Origin: the human T2T-CHM13v2.0 reference genome, Homo sapiens
Length of the DNA: 64,000 nucleotides
Strand: one strand, 5' to 3'
Assembly: GCF_009914755.1 (NCBI RefSeq)
Contig: NC_060945.1
Within the stretch, counting starts at the first letter, position 1. The number at the start of each line of letters is the position of its first letter. Position numbers and translations under genes: made by a program. Shown piece after piece: positions 1-15,874 of the stretch. The notes beneath the pieces were generated by a model. The model ran no database searches, was not told the origin of the DNA, and was given only the letters and a program-made list of their open reading frames with translations.

Positions 1-910
1 AATTCCAGATGGATTAAAGCTCTAGATATTAATAACAATATAAAGTAATAGAAGCATATTTTAGAGAATAAAAGTTAGATAAATTTGCCCATAAAAAGAC
101 TAAAAACTAAAAAAAATACAACAAAATCTGTAAAAACTGTAGACTGGAGGAAAACATTTGTAACATGACAAAGGACTAAAATTTTTAATATAGAAAGATA
201 CTCTAAAAATTTATAGTAAAGCACAAACAACTCAAGTAAAAATGAGCAATGCATTCACTGCAATGTCTACAAAAAAGAAAAAAATCAAATAAAATGGGCA
301 AAACATATCAAGACAATTATTTGAAGAGGAAATAGAAATAGCTAAAAATTTATAAAAAATATGCCCTTATTTCCAATAATGATAAATGTATAAGTGAAAC
401 CAAAAATGAAATTCTATTTTCTTCTCAACATATTGGTAAACATTAGAAATAACAATCATCTTCACTGGTTATGAGGATAAAGGAGAAGGAGACATTCATA
501 TATCGCTGTGGGGATATGAATTGCTGCCACCTTTTTGAAAACTAATAAGAATAGCCTCACCATTTTATTCAGTTTAGTACAGTGTTATTTGTGGTGGAAG
601 AAACATATAAACATTTGGAACACCCATTGACTGGGAAATGTTTGAATAAATTATCGTATATTTAATATGAAGCAGATGTTAAAAAGAATGATTCAATAGG
701 ATCAATCATATGAATTGACCTGGACAAATGTCCATGGTACATTGAGCTAAAAATGAAGTTGTGCATACTGTGTTCCCATTTCTGTTTCAAAACCACAAAA
801 ATAAAAGAAAAATGACAATCAATTCCCCCTTAAAATAGCTTTTATGTATTAGGATGCAGAGGTACCGTATCACATTTTTAATACTGATTATCACAGGAGG
901 GTGGGATTGG
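1..910 (+). mobile_element. Ancient L1 (L1M/L1ME-type) ORF2 3' region/3'UTR fragment
   Basis: A-rich degenerate L1 motifs (aattccagatggattaaa, similar to ORF2 NSRWIK; gacattcatatatcgctgtggg). Confidence 0.65.
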
Positions 911-1029
911 AGGGTGTGTGTGTGTGGCTTAATTTGCTCCCATGAGCTTGCAGAGCCTCTGTAATAAAAATAACCTGATATTTTAAAAGGCTGGGACCCA
1001 TTTTGTAAGTTAAAAGAGCATCAGGGAGG

Positions 1030-1200
1030 AGGTGTAGACCTAGTCCTTCCCCTAACTCACAATGTGACATTTTCTGCCTTTATTTTCCTGTCTCTGAAGT
1101 GTGGGTGGTAATGACTGCCCTACCTACTTAGTGAAGATTAAGGATGAAGAGAAATATAGTTTGAATAGTTAAGACATTGAAATGCAAGCTATTATCCTTA
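1030..1200 (+). mobile_element. MIR fragment
   Basis: Degenerate MIR core (tgtgac...ttttcctgtctctgaagt...ctgccctacctac...gtgaagatta). Confidence 0.45.
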
Positions 1201-1377
1201 AGAAAATTCTCAAACACTCTCACTTTACATAATGCGGGTGACAAAATCACCCAAGGAAGCATCGTCCCTTCCCAATGGTGATGTAGTGGGAGAGGCACTG
1301 AGCACCACAGAGGTAAACACTGGTGTCTCGAGCCATCGTCCCCATGCCCGTTTCCTCAAAATGTCTACTTGGTCCTA

Positions 1378-2100
1378 ATCTCTCTCTCTCTCTATCCATC
1401 CACCTGTCCATCTATCATCTATCTATTATCTATTCATCTGTCTAATCAATCATCTATCATCTGTATCTATCCATCTGTATTAGTCTATTTTCATACTGCA
1501 ATAAAGAACTGCCCAAGACTGGGTAATTTATAAAGGAAAGAGGTTTAATTGACTCACAGTTCAGCATGGCTGGGGAAGCCTCAGGAAACTTAGTCATGGT
1601 GGAAGGTGAAGGGGAAGCAAGGCACCTTCTTCACAAGGCAGCAGGAAGGAGAAGTGCTGAACGAAGAGGGAAGAACCCCTTATAAAACCATTAGATCTCG
1701 TGAGAACTCACTCACCATCATGAGGACAGCATGGAGGAAACCACCCCATGATTCAGTTACCTCCATCTGGTCTCTCTCTTGACATGTGGGGATTATTGAC
1801 ATTATGGGGATTATAATTCAAGATGAGATTTGAGTGGGGACACAAAGCCTAACCATATTATCATCCATCCATCCACCTATCTATCATCTGTCTATCTGTC
1901 TATCTATCTATGTCTGTCTGCCTGCCTACCCATCTGTTTGCCCATCCATCCATTCCTCCGTCTGTCTGTCTGTCTCTGAACATTATCCATCCATCCATCT
2001 ATCCATCCATCCATCTCTCCATCCATCCATGCATCCATCCATTTATCCATCTATGTATGTTTACCTGTCTACTTTATCTTTCTACCTTATCTATCTTCTT
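1378..2100. repeat. (TC)n/(TCTA)n/(TCCA)n compound microsatellite split by an LTR
   Basis: Tetranucleotide tracts at 1378-1475 and 1861-2100. Confidence 0.9.
1476..1860 (-). mobile_element. THE1/MST (ERVL-MaLR) solo LTR, THE1D-like
   Basis: Termini tgtattagtc...aaccatatta are the reverse complement of a THE1 LTR; flanks ccatc/tcatc look like a TSD. Confidence 0.9.
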
Positions 2101-2422
2101 AATTTTTAATCTCTAAAATTATAAGCCTCCCTCCATACAAGCAATAGAAAACACTGTGTAAAGATAGAATTCTTCTCCTCATCAGCCTGAAGTGGGTGAA
2201 CTGAAACTCCTCACTTAGGCAGTTTGTTACCCTGCAATGCACATAGGTTGGATCTTTGACTTATCCCAGTCGGCATTTTGGAGTTTGGAGATCCTATGCT
2301 CTAGTCGCTAAGTGACCTAATGAGTGGGCAGTCTATGTTTGCTTCATTTATATACTGTGTGTCTAAATAAGAAAGCCACAGCATATGTGGCCTGTTTTTT
2401 TTTTTCTTTTTTCTGTTTTTGA

Positions 2423-2572
<150 letters not shown>

Positions 2573-4474
2573 TGACTGGATTCTCTGCTGTTCGAGACTT
2601 TTACAGGGCTTGTACAACTTGACTCTGGGCACAAGCAGTCAGAAAGAGGGCAAGGAGCTGAGAGTTTAGCCAGGGAGGAAGCAAGTAATTTCTACTGATG
2701 TGTTAAGCACTGGAATCCTGGTGCAGAGAGGGCTAAAGGGAAGACAAAGGAGCCTGAACCCAGACCAGGAGGGAGCCGGCTGGACAAGGCTTGGAGAATT
2801 TGTTGTGGTGGTGTTATGGCTAGGTTAGGTGTATGCTCTTTATAAACAAGGGACCTTTCTGCTTGATCATGATTAATGACAGACTCCTAGCTTACACCCA
2901 CCCAGGAGCCCTGCCCAGTGGGGAAATAGAGCTAAGGGAGTGCAGTATATCTGGCGGAAGACAAGAGGAACTTGAGGATAAAAAGGACTCCTTGGGGAGG
3001 GAAATTGACACTCAGTTAATTTAAGTTCAATCAGGGAAATAGCAGATCTTGGTGAAGTCACATGATTAATTCTAAAGGGGTTCCCATGCAGGAGCAGCAG
3101 GGTAAGGAGTGGGCAATGTTGGGGGACACTGTGGTTCTGTGAGTGCCAAGCTGACATAATAGGGGATGGGATGGGCCACTTCTTCAAGGAGTTCTGAAAA
3201 TGTGCTGGGAAACCAGGCGCCAAGGAAGGAGCCTGGTGGGGCTGGGAATGGGGTGCAGGCATTGTTCTGGGCCTCCTTAGAGGAGAATGTTAGAGGGCTT
3301 CTCCACTGGGTCAGTTGTAGCAAAGACTATTTTTCAAACCCTGATGGTTTGCTAATTTATTTATTCTGGGAGAGGTGTGGGAGCTTTTATGAGAGCTGGA
3401 TCCTCATTCACCAGATAGAATGTGGCTAGAAAGGGGCTGAGACCCACACCCACGCTATGGAAAAAGGGGTGTGGGGCTGGGCATCCATTTGTCTTTACCT
3501 CAAAGAACTTAAATTGGGAGGGGCTAGGGAAGGAAATTCCCTGATATTTAGACTTATATTTGAAGTAGACTGCTATTTCAAAATGTTGATATTACAACTC
3601 TGAAGTTTTTGTTTTAAAGAAAGACAAAATCTTCAATCTTGACCTAGAAGTTAGACGGTGTTTCATGGCAGCCTGTATAATTCAGAAACAATACTTTAAA
3701 AATTAAATATAGTGACCATTTCATTATCTTGTAATTAAAACATAATCTGTTTCACAATTTGAACTTTGCATGAGTTGCCTAATGCACCCTTACAGTCATA
3801 TTGATGAATACTTTGAAGTTGAGTTTGCTTCTTTTAAGACATAGAGACAAAGATGAAAAGCATTACACCCCAGCCCCTTTCTCCCGTGAGACCAGCAGGA
3901 AGGTAGCATATTTATAATCAGATCCTGCCTCCTATAGCCAGGGTGGGCTTTGCTTCAGCTTCTCAGCCACTGGGCTGGGTTAGTTCTGTGAAGTGATGAA
4001 TCACCCAGCTTGGACGTTCTCTTTGCTACTACATTTTAAAATTGTGAGCCTTTGACAAAGTCAATTATAATCTTGTGAATCCTGGTAGGAATTAAAAAAA
4101 CCATTTTTTGTTATTTTTGTGTGGGCTATGGTGAAGAAATGACCGTAAGTGAAAAATATTTTTATTTTATATGAATATATTACTAACATCATATTATCAA
4201 ATTTACTTTTCAACTCTTTAATGCCATTTATCCTACAGAAAGACAGATTCTGACTTCTTCCTGTTTGAAAACCAACACATGCTCTTTGATTTACTTTAAT
4301 TCAATTAAATTAGAAAAACCCTCTGTGATTGTCAGTAAACAGATGAAAAATGTTGTAAAAACATGATTAACCCTTATGAGTGTATATGAAAATAGGCTGA
4401 ATTTTAAAATTTAAGAAGGAGACAAACACCACTTAGATATTTAGAATGCTTGCATTTTGTGCTTCAAGAACCTA

Positions 4475-4835
<361 letters not shown>

Positions 4836-5859
4836 CTATTTGTAAAGGCATCTCTCCTCCCAGGGCACCCCAGGCATAGACAGGCTGACAGGGAATCAGA
4901 AAGACAAGGGAGAGCTCTGTGTGTTTTGAACATTGATTTTGAAAGTATGAGACACATCCTAGTAGTTTCATGTAGGTATGACACCTCAGATAAATCCAAG
5001 GCTTTCAAACTCCTGGCTCCGTTGAAACCATCTTGAGGCTATTTCTTTTTGCTCCTCTTGGCTTGCTGTGGTTAAAACAGAGGTGCTCCCCTGGGCTTCC
5101 CTCATTAACCAACACGCTGCGGTGGATATAAAGTTTAGAATATTCGTGGGCCCACATTTGGTTCCTAAGACTCCTGGGCAAGGAATGTCAGCTTCCTTTA
5201 TTGCTTTAAATTCCCTCTATCTGCTCCATGTGCCCACCTCATGGCTGGCAGGAGCTTCCAGCTGGGTGGGGTGTTTTGAAGACCCTGTCCTCCTGAGGGT
5301 CTCACAGCCATCCTGGGGTCGTTAGTGGTGACTGGGCAGGGATTGGGTGCTGGTTGTCTGTGGTGGTGTTTCTGCTGTCTGTCCCTTGGCATGGGCCAGA
5401 CCCTCTGTTCTGGCTGGACACAGACTGGCCTTTCATAGTGGCTGGCCTTCTGACCGCGGACGCTGCTGCCTGTACAGAGTGCCTTGTGTTACTTAAATGC
5501 CCCAGCGGTCCCTGGCTCTGTTTCTGTGTATGAGCAGGGCCTGGGCAGTACCCCTCCTGGAAAATCCTTCTTTCCTCCCCAGTCTGGCCACCTCCGTCTT
5601 GCCAATTCCAAGCTCTTTTTTTTTTTTTCCTCAGGGACCGCCTAGCTTTATCACCCCATTAGCCTAAGGTTTTGAAAACCAAGGTCTATACTTTCTTCCT
5701 TAGGGGTGGAAAGCCAGAACAAATAGGTCGCCTGTGGGAAGAGAAAATAACTCTTACTCTGACCCCTCTACCCCCTCAGCTTTGTGTAGCAGAAAGAACA
5801 AGTCACAATTCATATCCTGGCCTTCAGCCACACTTATTATGAGAAGGAATAAAAACAGT

Positions 5860-6070
5860 TTTAAACATTTTATTCTGAAATAACTATAGACTCACAGGAA
5901 GTTTCAAAAATAAGAGTCTTGTGTGCCCTTCACCCAACTTCCCCAAATGGTGACATCTCATCTAGCCTTAATGAAACCAGAAATGCAATGCATTGGTGCA
6001 TTTCTGTTAACTAGATGACAAACCATATCAAGTTTTTACCTTTTTTTTAAAAAAACCTGCCTTCATTTGT
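5860..6070 (-). mobile_element. L1MC-type 3' end fragment
   Basis: ttttattctgaaataactatagactcacaggaag...cccttcacccaacttcccc motif. Confidence 0.65.
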
Positions 6071-7454
6071 GTGTTAAAAACAATTGTCATGTGTGCAGTA
6101 AAAACACAAAACGAGCAAAAAACCTCTCTCCAGCACCTGGCAATGTTCAGTTGAGTGATAAACCAGGTAAATGCCTAAGTCAGGGACAGGCTTATCTGAT
6201 CTCTGCTATGAAACATGCATACTCAATGCACACTTGTAGGCACTCATACAATTCCATTTAATGGAGAGGAATATTTACCTAATGTTTGACATTGATTAAA
6301 AAAATCAACAGAAATGGAAACAAAAACTATTATCTTCTTTAATGATATGGACTTCCCCTGACCACCTCCTCAACTTCCAGGGTTCTTAAAGACAAGATGC
6401 CAAGATGTAAATTCTGTCCTTGATAAAGGATTGAGGCAGGAGGACTTGGGAGGTCAGGAGGGTGAACACCGAAAAGACCATGACTTCATGCCTAGGAAGA
6501 TCTTACCTGTAACTTTAGAAAATAGGGGACCTCATGGGGCCTGGCCTGATAACCCAGGGGAGGGTGAGGGGCTAAGGAACCGGCGCCTCAGGAGTAAAGG
6601 AGGAAAACAGAAAGTCAGCTCAGCTTCTGGGCATTCTCTAAGAAATGAACTGCAGACTGGGACATCATGAGAGCTTTAGAAAATGCTGGAAACATTGCAC
6701 CTTGTGCAGGTTTGGTTTGTGTTTTTTGATCAAGGTACAATTATTTAAAATTGTATGCTTTGTGAACCCAGTCATCCTATCTGAAAGTCATGAGGCCCTT
6801 GCTTGACAGATAACATGATTATGGTCTGTAACCACCCCTCTCTGGCTTCCTCCAATAGCAGTCTTGAGAAAAGTTTCAAGGGGCAAACATTGATGTAGGT
6901 TTGTGGGAGGAGTCATGGGTCTCAGCCTGGGTCCCTGGAGTGCCTGCAGCTCGAGAGGACTCTGCCTCTGTCCTCTCATCTCTAGCCGCTCTGAGGCTGG
7001 CTGCCCTTGCAGGTCACGCTGGGCTAGTCCTTCACTATCTCCCACACCTGCCACCTGTTCCCAGTGAACGCTGCCTGGCACTCACCACCACGGACACCTG
7101 TCCTTAGTTCTGGCCACGCACCACCTCTGCAGTCTGCTTTTCTGGCCAAGTTTCCAACAAAAATAGCTGCTGTGGAAGGTTCTAAGACTTCCCACTTCTG
7201 AGGTTTCTCTCTTCTGGCTTTCTCTGAAAAACAAGGTGAAATTACTTTAAGGTGTATGCTTCCTCAAATGGTGATTATGTGAGATCTTGGCTTAATTGAC
7301 TGGATGATTATAATTATCTTAAAAAAATGCTTTTGTGCCTATAATTACTTGCCAGCCGTGAAAGTCAATTCAAGCATTTTACATAGATAACTTTTAAGGA
7401 TCTGCCTAATTCCAGTATTTTATAATTCTATGAACCAAGGTTGGAAGCTTAATT

Positions 7455-7742
7455 ATTATTATTTTTATTTATTTATTTTTAGAGACAGAGTCTCATTCTG
7501 TCACCCAGGCTGGAGTGCATTGGCATAATCATAGTGGGCTCGAGTGATTCTTCCACGTCAGCCTCCCGAGTAGCTGGGACTATAGGCACAGGCCACCACA
7601 CCCAGCTAATTTTTACATTTTTTGTAGAGATGGGGTCTTGCTCTGTTGACCAGGCTGGCCTCAAACTCCTGGCCTCAAGTGATCCTCCCTCCTCAGCCTC
7701 CTAAAGTGTTGGGTTTACAGGCATGTGCCACCACGCCCAGCC
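7455..7742 (-). mobile_element. Alu (AluJ-like, internally deleted)
   Basis: Reverse-strand Alu consensus. Confidence 0.9.
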
Positions 7743-8110
7743 ATTATTTTTAAAACTAATATATCCCACCTCATTCTATGGGGGATTTGAAGCTGAGCTG
7801 GAGTAGCATTACACAAATGCAGTCATTCAACATTTTATGGGCAGATTGAGTGCTGCCACTTGCCAGGCAGGACTCCAGGGACTGTGGAGGGAGCAGTGAA
7901 AATGACAGAGTCACTGCCCCCACAGAGCTTATGTTCTGGGGAAGCTTGTGGTGGTAATACCCAAAGTTCTTCCAAGCTTACTTATCCTTTCGAGGCTAAG
8001 TATTTTTATGCATTCTCTGAGCAATCACTTCCCCTGAGCAATCACTTTCCCTGCTAAACATATCTTTTAAGAAATTAAGGTCAATTCAGATATTGATAAA
8101 GAGTGCTAGG

Positions 8111-8404
<294 letters not shown>

Positions 8405-8689
8405 GAGTGCTAGGTTCCTCCATAGTTGTTGCTAGCTAACTATAAAAGTTGAGACTTACATTCCTATAAGACTTCCTACTGCCCCCCAGGCTAGCTCTAC
8501 GGTTGACAGTATCTGGTTAATTCATTTGTTTCAACTGAATATAACTAATAAAAATAATTGGATTCAGAAGAATGTAAAACTCTACATAACCAATAATTCT
8601 ATGGTACATATAATGAATTTTATTCTGATCCTATGTGAAGAAGAAGAAAATCAAAGTTCTTTGAGATCCAAAGAGTTACTAACAGATTT

Positions 8690-9790
8690 CATGTGTTCTT
8701 CTATCCAATCACTAACACCTATTTATCGAGCTTGCCTGTTGGTTCCAGAAAGTGGCCTGGAGGGGCCAGACAGTTCCCAGAGATCCAAAAATGAATAAGA
8801 CACAGGTTATGCCCCCAAACACACAGACTAGTGAGGGAGACAGATAAGTAAATGATGATTATGGGAGCAAGTGAGAAGGTCCTTAACTCAACCTTATGGG
8901 TTAGGAAAGTCTCCTTGGAAATGTTTTGAGCATATCCTGGAAGGTGTGGCCAATGTGAGAAAATTGCATGTGACTCAGAATGGCTGAAGTAGAGTGGTGA
9001 GGGATGAGGCCAGAGGGGTACACAGAGCCAGATGGCCTTTTCACTGTTCTAAGGAGGTGTATTAGTCTGTTCTCACGCTGCTAATAAAGAAATACCCAAG
9101 ACTGGGTAATTTATAAAGGAAAGAGGTTTAATGGACTCACCGTTCCACATGGCGGGGGAGGCCTCACAATCATGGCAGAAGGCGAAGGAGGAGCAAAGCC
9201 ATGTCTTACATGGTGGCAAACAAGAGGGCTTGTGCAGGGGAACTCCCATTTACAAAACCATGAGATCTTGTGAGACTTACTACCACAAGAACAGTATGGG
9301 GGAACCCGCCCCCCTGATTCAGTTACCTCCACCTGGCCCCACCCTTGACACGTGGTGATGATTGCAAGTCAAGGTGAGATTTGGGTGGGTACACAGCCAA
9401 ACCATATCAGGAGGATAGAGTATCTTGAGGAGATGGAAGTTTCTAAAGATGAGGGTAGTACAGTAAGGTTGGGTGCTTTTTGGAACGATCTCTCTGGCTG
9501 CAGTCTGGAGCACAGATTGGAGATGAGAAAGAAAAGAGGAGGTGATAATCACTCTTTAGGAGCTTCCTTCAGCAACCCAGTGAGCAAAGATGGTGGTCAT
9601 GGCAGAGGAGGGGCGAGACATGGGCAGGATTAGGCAGGATTAAAGAGGCACGATCAACACGTCGCTGTGAAAGCAACCCCTGGATTTTGCAACAAGTGCC
9701 AGACTCTTCTCCTGCACATTATTTGAGCACCAAAACTTGGGGTGTCACCAGTGGCATTTAACGTAAAGGTTAGTTTGAAGATTCCCAGTG
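8690..9790 (-). mobile_element. L2 fragments interrupted by a THE1 LTR
   Basis: Degenerate L2 motifs (atttatcgagcttgcctg, atgaataagacac, gatctctctggctgcagt). Confidence 0.5.
9058..9409 (-). mobile_element. THE1 solo LTR (THE1B/C-like)
   Basis: tgtattagtc...accatatca termini; perfect 5-bp TSD ggagg. Confidence 0.93.
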
Positions 9791-9895
9791 CTGAAAAAGT
9801 CCTCTTGGCCTGATTCAGACCTGGCTGGCACTGTCAGGCTTTCAAGTTCAGTGCCCGTCTCAGAAATAGGAAGGTATTGTTCTGGAAATGGCTAA

Positions 9896-10550
<655 letters not shown>

Positions 10551-10589
10551 ACCTTCTGTGATTTTGATTTTTCCATTATTAATCTTGAG

Positions 10590-10790
10590 AGGCTGCCTGG
10601 TAGTGTAACAAAGACACTTAATTAGGAATCAGTAGACTTGCAGTGAGTCCTGATTGTGTTGACTCCTTGTCCTGTGACCTTTGACTTTGGCAAATGACTT
10701 CCCTCTGTGGCCTCAGTGTCCTCATCTGTATAAACATGGTGCTGGGTAGAGAATGTATATGACTGCAAGATCACATTCAGTGCCCCCCGT
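10590..10790 (+). mobile_element. MIR
   Basis: tgtgaccttt...ggcaaatgacttccctctgtggcctcagtgtcctcatctgtataa core. Confidence 0.75.
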
Positions 10791-11627
10791 CCATGATTCC
10801 CTGAGCTCACTGCCTGAATTGTAAGGCATTAGGAATTTTTAGGGACTGCTCTCAAGAACCACATCTCTCTCTTTAATGAAAGCAATTGTGGCACTCTGGC
10901 TTCAGGGAGGTTTATCGGACCATTCTGGGAAGGGATGGAAAAGCTTTTGTTTTCTTCTTAGAGGCATTTTTAGGAGCTGTAACCTGGTTATTTTGCTTTG
11001 ATCTGGGGGAAATAGAAATTCCAGTGGGCTGGTGGCTTGCACAGTAGAGACCTATTTGAGCCTTGGGTGACCCCACCCACTCTTACCTTGCAAATTTCTT
11101 TCTTTACCCAGAAATCAGTATTTAAAATACTTTGTGATTCAGAAATGTTATCATTTTGTTCTCATAGAGGAAAAGTTTTTGACCTACTTTTATTAACTTG
11201 TTCAAACCTGAAGTAAAGACATAGTTATAAGGGCATAAAGTCAGAAAAGACATTTTTGTTCAAATTTTTACATTGCTTGCATATGGTCTGAATTTCGCTA
11301 GATAGCACTATCAATCTTTGGTATGCTTTAGAAATAGAATTGAATGTATTACTAAGCAGTATTAATAATTACATTTTCTCAGGAGTTCAAGTGATGGGAA
11401 ACGGTCTTTAATCTCACAGTTATTTTAAGAGCTTGAAATATAATGTATGAAAGAAGTAGGGATCACCCAGCTATCATATCTTTGCTATTTACTTATTTTA
11501 TGGATAAACTAATGTGTTGTTCATTTTGATTAGCTTGTATTTTATTATAGTTTGCTTGATTTTCAGATTTGACTTTAAACGTACTTGAATTATGTTTTTT
11601 TCTTTAATTTTGATTTATGGATGTAAG

Positions 11628-11657
11628 GAAGAAGAAGGAGAGACAGCCACAGAAGAG
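11628..11657 (+). CDS. SH3BGR: SH3BGR 30-nt micro-exon (EEEGETATEE)
   Basis: AAG acceptor at 11625-11627; GTACGG donor at 11658; fills the gap in the recalled protein exactly. Confidence 0.92.
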
Positions 11658-12084
11658 GTACGGTCGACCATCTTTAACAGCTGTGCTTAATCTGCTTAAT
11701 AAAAACATCTTTTAGGTGGGAGGATTGCAGCTTGAGGCACGTTCTTAATAACATAAGAGAGCGATGCAACCCACACACCCAGAAAATCCTCCTTTAACAT
11801 GCTGAGAAGGAAAGTAAGTTGGAGATAAGTTTGTCCGAGGGAGGTGGAGAGAGAAACGGGGCTTGGCTGTGGACTCTGTTCGGAGCCCCCTCAGGTGAAG
11901 GTGTCTTCCGTGGTTTCTCACTGACATCAGGCCAGGCCAGGCCAGGGCACTGGCTGGAGATGCCTGCTCCTCGTCCTTTTCCACCCTGTTGAATGCACTG
12001 GGTTTAGGCATCCTGCATGGTGGTTAGTGGTGTTTTCATTGAGGGAGGGATTCCACCTATGTTTATGTTTTTGAACATCTTTGA

Positions 12085-12426
<342 letters not shown>

Positions 12427-12576
12427 TAGAGAACTAACTTAAAATTATGAACACAAGGGTAGGGAGAATAATTTACTAAGTTACGTGTATTGTCTAGATG
12501 TTTCAGCACAAGGTCATCAACATTAAAAAGGGTCCCAAATGTCAAAAGAAATCCCCCCAAAGAAACTTTTGTTAAC

Positions 12577-12875
<299 letters not shown>

Positions 12876-12983
12876 TTAACTTTTGAAATGACAAAATTCA
12901 TGATCTTTATAGAAAATTTAAAAAATGCAGATAGAAGAGGAAAATGAACATAGCTTTTAACCCTCGTTACCCAGAGATAACCA

Positions 12984-13106
12984 CTGTAGCTACATACACA
13001 CACACACACACACACACACACTGTAGCTACACACACACACACACACACACTGTAGCTACACACACACACACACACACACACTGTAGCTACACACACACAC
13101 ACACAC
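12984..13106. repeat. Compound minisatellite [CTGTAGCTA(CA)n] x4
   Basis: Units start at 12984, 13021, 13050 and 13081. Confidence 0.95.
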
Positions 13107-13530
13107 CCCATCAATTTCTGGTGAATACTCTTGTAGTCTCCTTTTTTTTCATGGAATGTGTCTATATTTGGGGAGGTAGTCAGTACAGATCTGCTTCATC
13201 ATTTTAAATGTTAATATATCAAACCAACCCCTCTTCTTAGACCTATAGATTATTTCTAGTATATTCTACACCATGATTTCTCAATATTTACGTCTTTCCA
13301 ATAATTATTTCTTTTGTTTCTCTCTTGCTAGGCCAGCTTCAAAATAGAATTTTAAAAATAAGATAAAAACATATTGTTAATTTGGAAGAAATTCCAGATT
13401 ATATATATAGGTTGCTGATAACTTTTGCTTCAAGAAATTAGCTTGTTACAAGAAAATGTAACCAACTTGTGCATTTAACAGCTCATCCTGACAAAATTCA
13501 ATTTGCTGATTCTTTTTGTATTTGATTCTT

Positions 13531-13535
<5 letters not shown>

Positions 13536-13567
<32 letters not shown>
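13536..13567. repeat. (TA)16 microsatellite
   Basis: Pure TA run. Confidence 0.95.
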
Positions 13568-13568
<1 letters not shown>

Positions 13569-13726
13569 TTTCTGAATTTGTAAAGGTTATTTGCTGAGAA
13601 TGGTTTGTTAATATGAGTGGAGACTGTACACTTAGGTGGGATTATAAAACCTGTTAGGATTAACATATCATTCTAAAGCACCATTCTAAATTGAGGACTC
13701 TGTGTTTAGAAGGATGATTTTTTTTA

Positions 13727-14200
13727 TGTGTGTGTATGTATGTGTGGTATGTGTGGTGTGTTGTATGTGTGGTGTATGTGTATTTGTGTGTGGTGTATAT
13801 GGTGTGTGGTGTGTTTGGTGTGTGTGTGTGTGATGTGTGTTATGGTGTGTATGTTATGGTGTGGAGGGTATGTATGTGTATGTGTGATGTGTATGTGTAT
13901 ATTGTGTGTGTATTTGTGGTATATGTGATGTGGTGTGTGGGGTGTGTGGTCTGGTGTGTGTGTGTGCTATGTGGTGTTTGGTATTTGTGTGTGGTGTGTA
14001 TGTGGTGTGTGTGCGTGGATGTGTGTCTGGGTGGTGTGTGGGGGGGTGTGTGTGCTGTGTGTCATGTGTGTTTCCGTGGTGTGTGTGTGTTTGGGCGGTA
14101 TGTGTGTGGGGTGTGTGTGTGGCATGTGTTTGTGTGGCATGTGTGGTGTGTGTATTTGTGTGTTGTGTGTGTTTGTTTGTGTGTTGTGTGGTGGGGTGTG
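13727..14200. repeat. (TG)n/TGG-rich low-complexity tract
   Basis: About 470 bp of degenerate GT repeats; source of the spurious Cys/Val and His/Thr ORFs. Confidence 0.95.
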
Positions 14201-14293
14201 GGAGGCTTTGACCTCTAGTCCAGCATTTTACAGTCTTTTTCTCACTGTATCCTTGGCCCTTATGCTTCTTAATACTAATGTAAGTTTTGTTAA

Positions 14294-14395
<102 letters not shown>

Positions 14396-15000
14396 GCCTT
14401 TTCATGCTTCATTTCTTCCACTTCTCCAGGTAGCTACAGGATTCTGGGGTGGAAAAGCTGCTAGTTACCGTACTGTATGCTATCTGCGGCACATTTTGCT
14501 TAGTAACAGGAGAAAGGGAATTCCAATTCAGGGCTGTCTGTCTCCTTCCAAAGCCCTGGTCTGCACACCTTTCTGGCGGGGTCCAGCTCCTTTCTAGAGC
14601 TGCGGGGCTGCTGACCTTTCGTGGGTCTGTTTCTTGCACACTAGGGCACAGAAGGCTATGGTTGATGGGATTTCTAGGAAAAAGTGCACCTTTGATGCAG
14701 GGAAGAGTTTTGTTTTGCATTTACTTCCTCCTCTTCCTCTATATAAACTTTGTTTGAGAGAAGATACAGCAAGTGTCCTTTTATCAGCATTCTGTAACCT
14801 CAACTCCTCCACCAACCACATGTACAACTTTAGGGGGGTGACTACTGATGTTCAGAATGATGGCAATAAATTATAACCTTAAAAAATCACAAAGCTGGTG
14901 TTGAGTCATGAAAGAAAATTATTGCTGCCACGGGTTTAGTCGTCAGTGCTTGGTACTCCATTTCCGTTTCTATTAACCAGAACGCTCCTCTGGAAACACC

Positions 15001-15874
<874 letters not shown>

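Noticed and set aside
1834-2116. ORFs rich in Ser/Ile/His/Pro
   Set aside because: Translations of the (TCCA)n microsatellite.
8017-8053. Short tandem duplication ctgagcaatcactt x2
   Set aside because: Trivial slippage duplication with no evidence of function.
12984-13106. Repeat-spacer appearance resembling a CRISPR array
   Set aside because: Spacers are only (CA)n, the repeat is 9 bp, the context is a eukaryotic intron and there are no cas genes.
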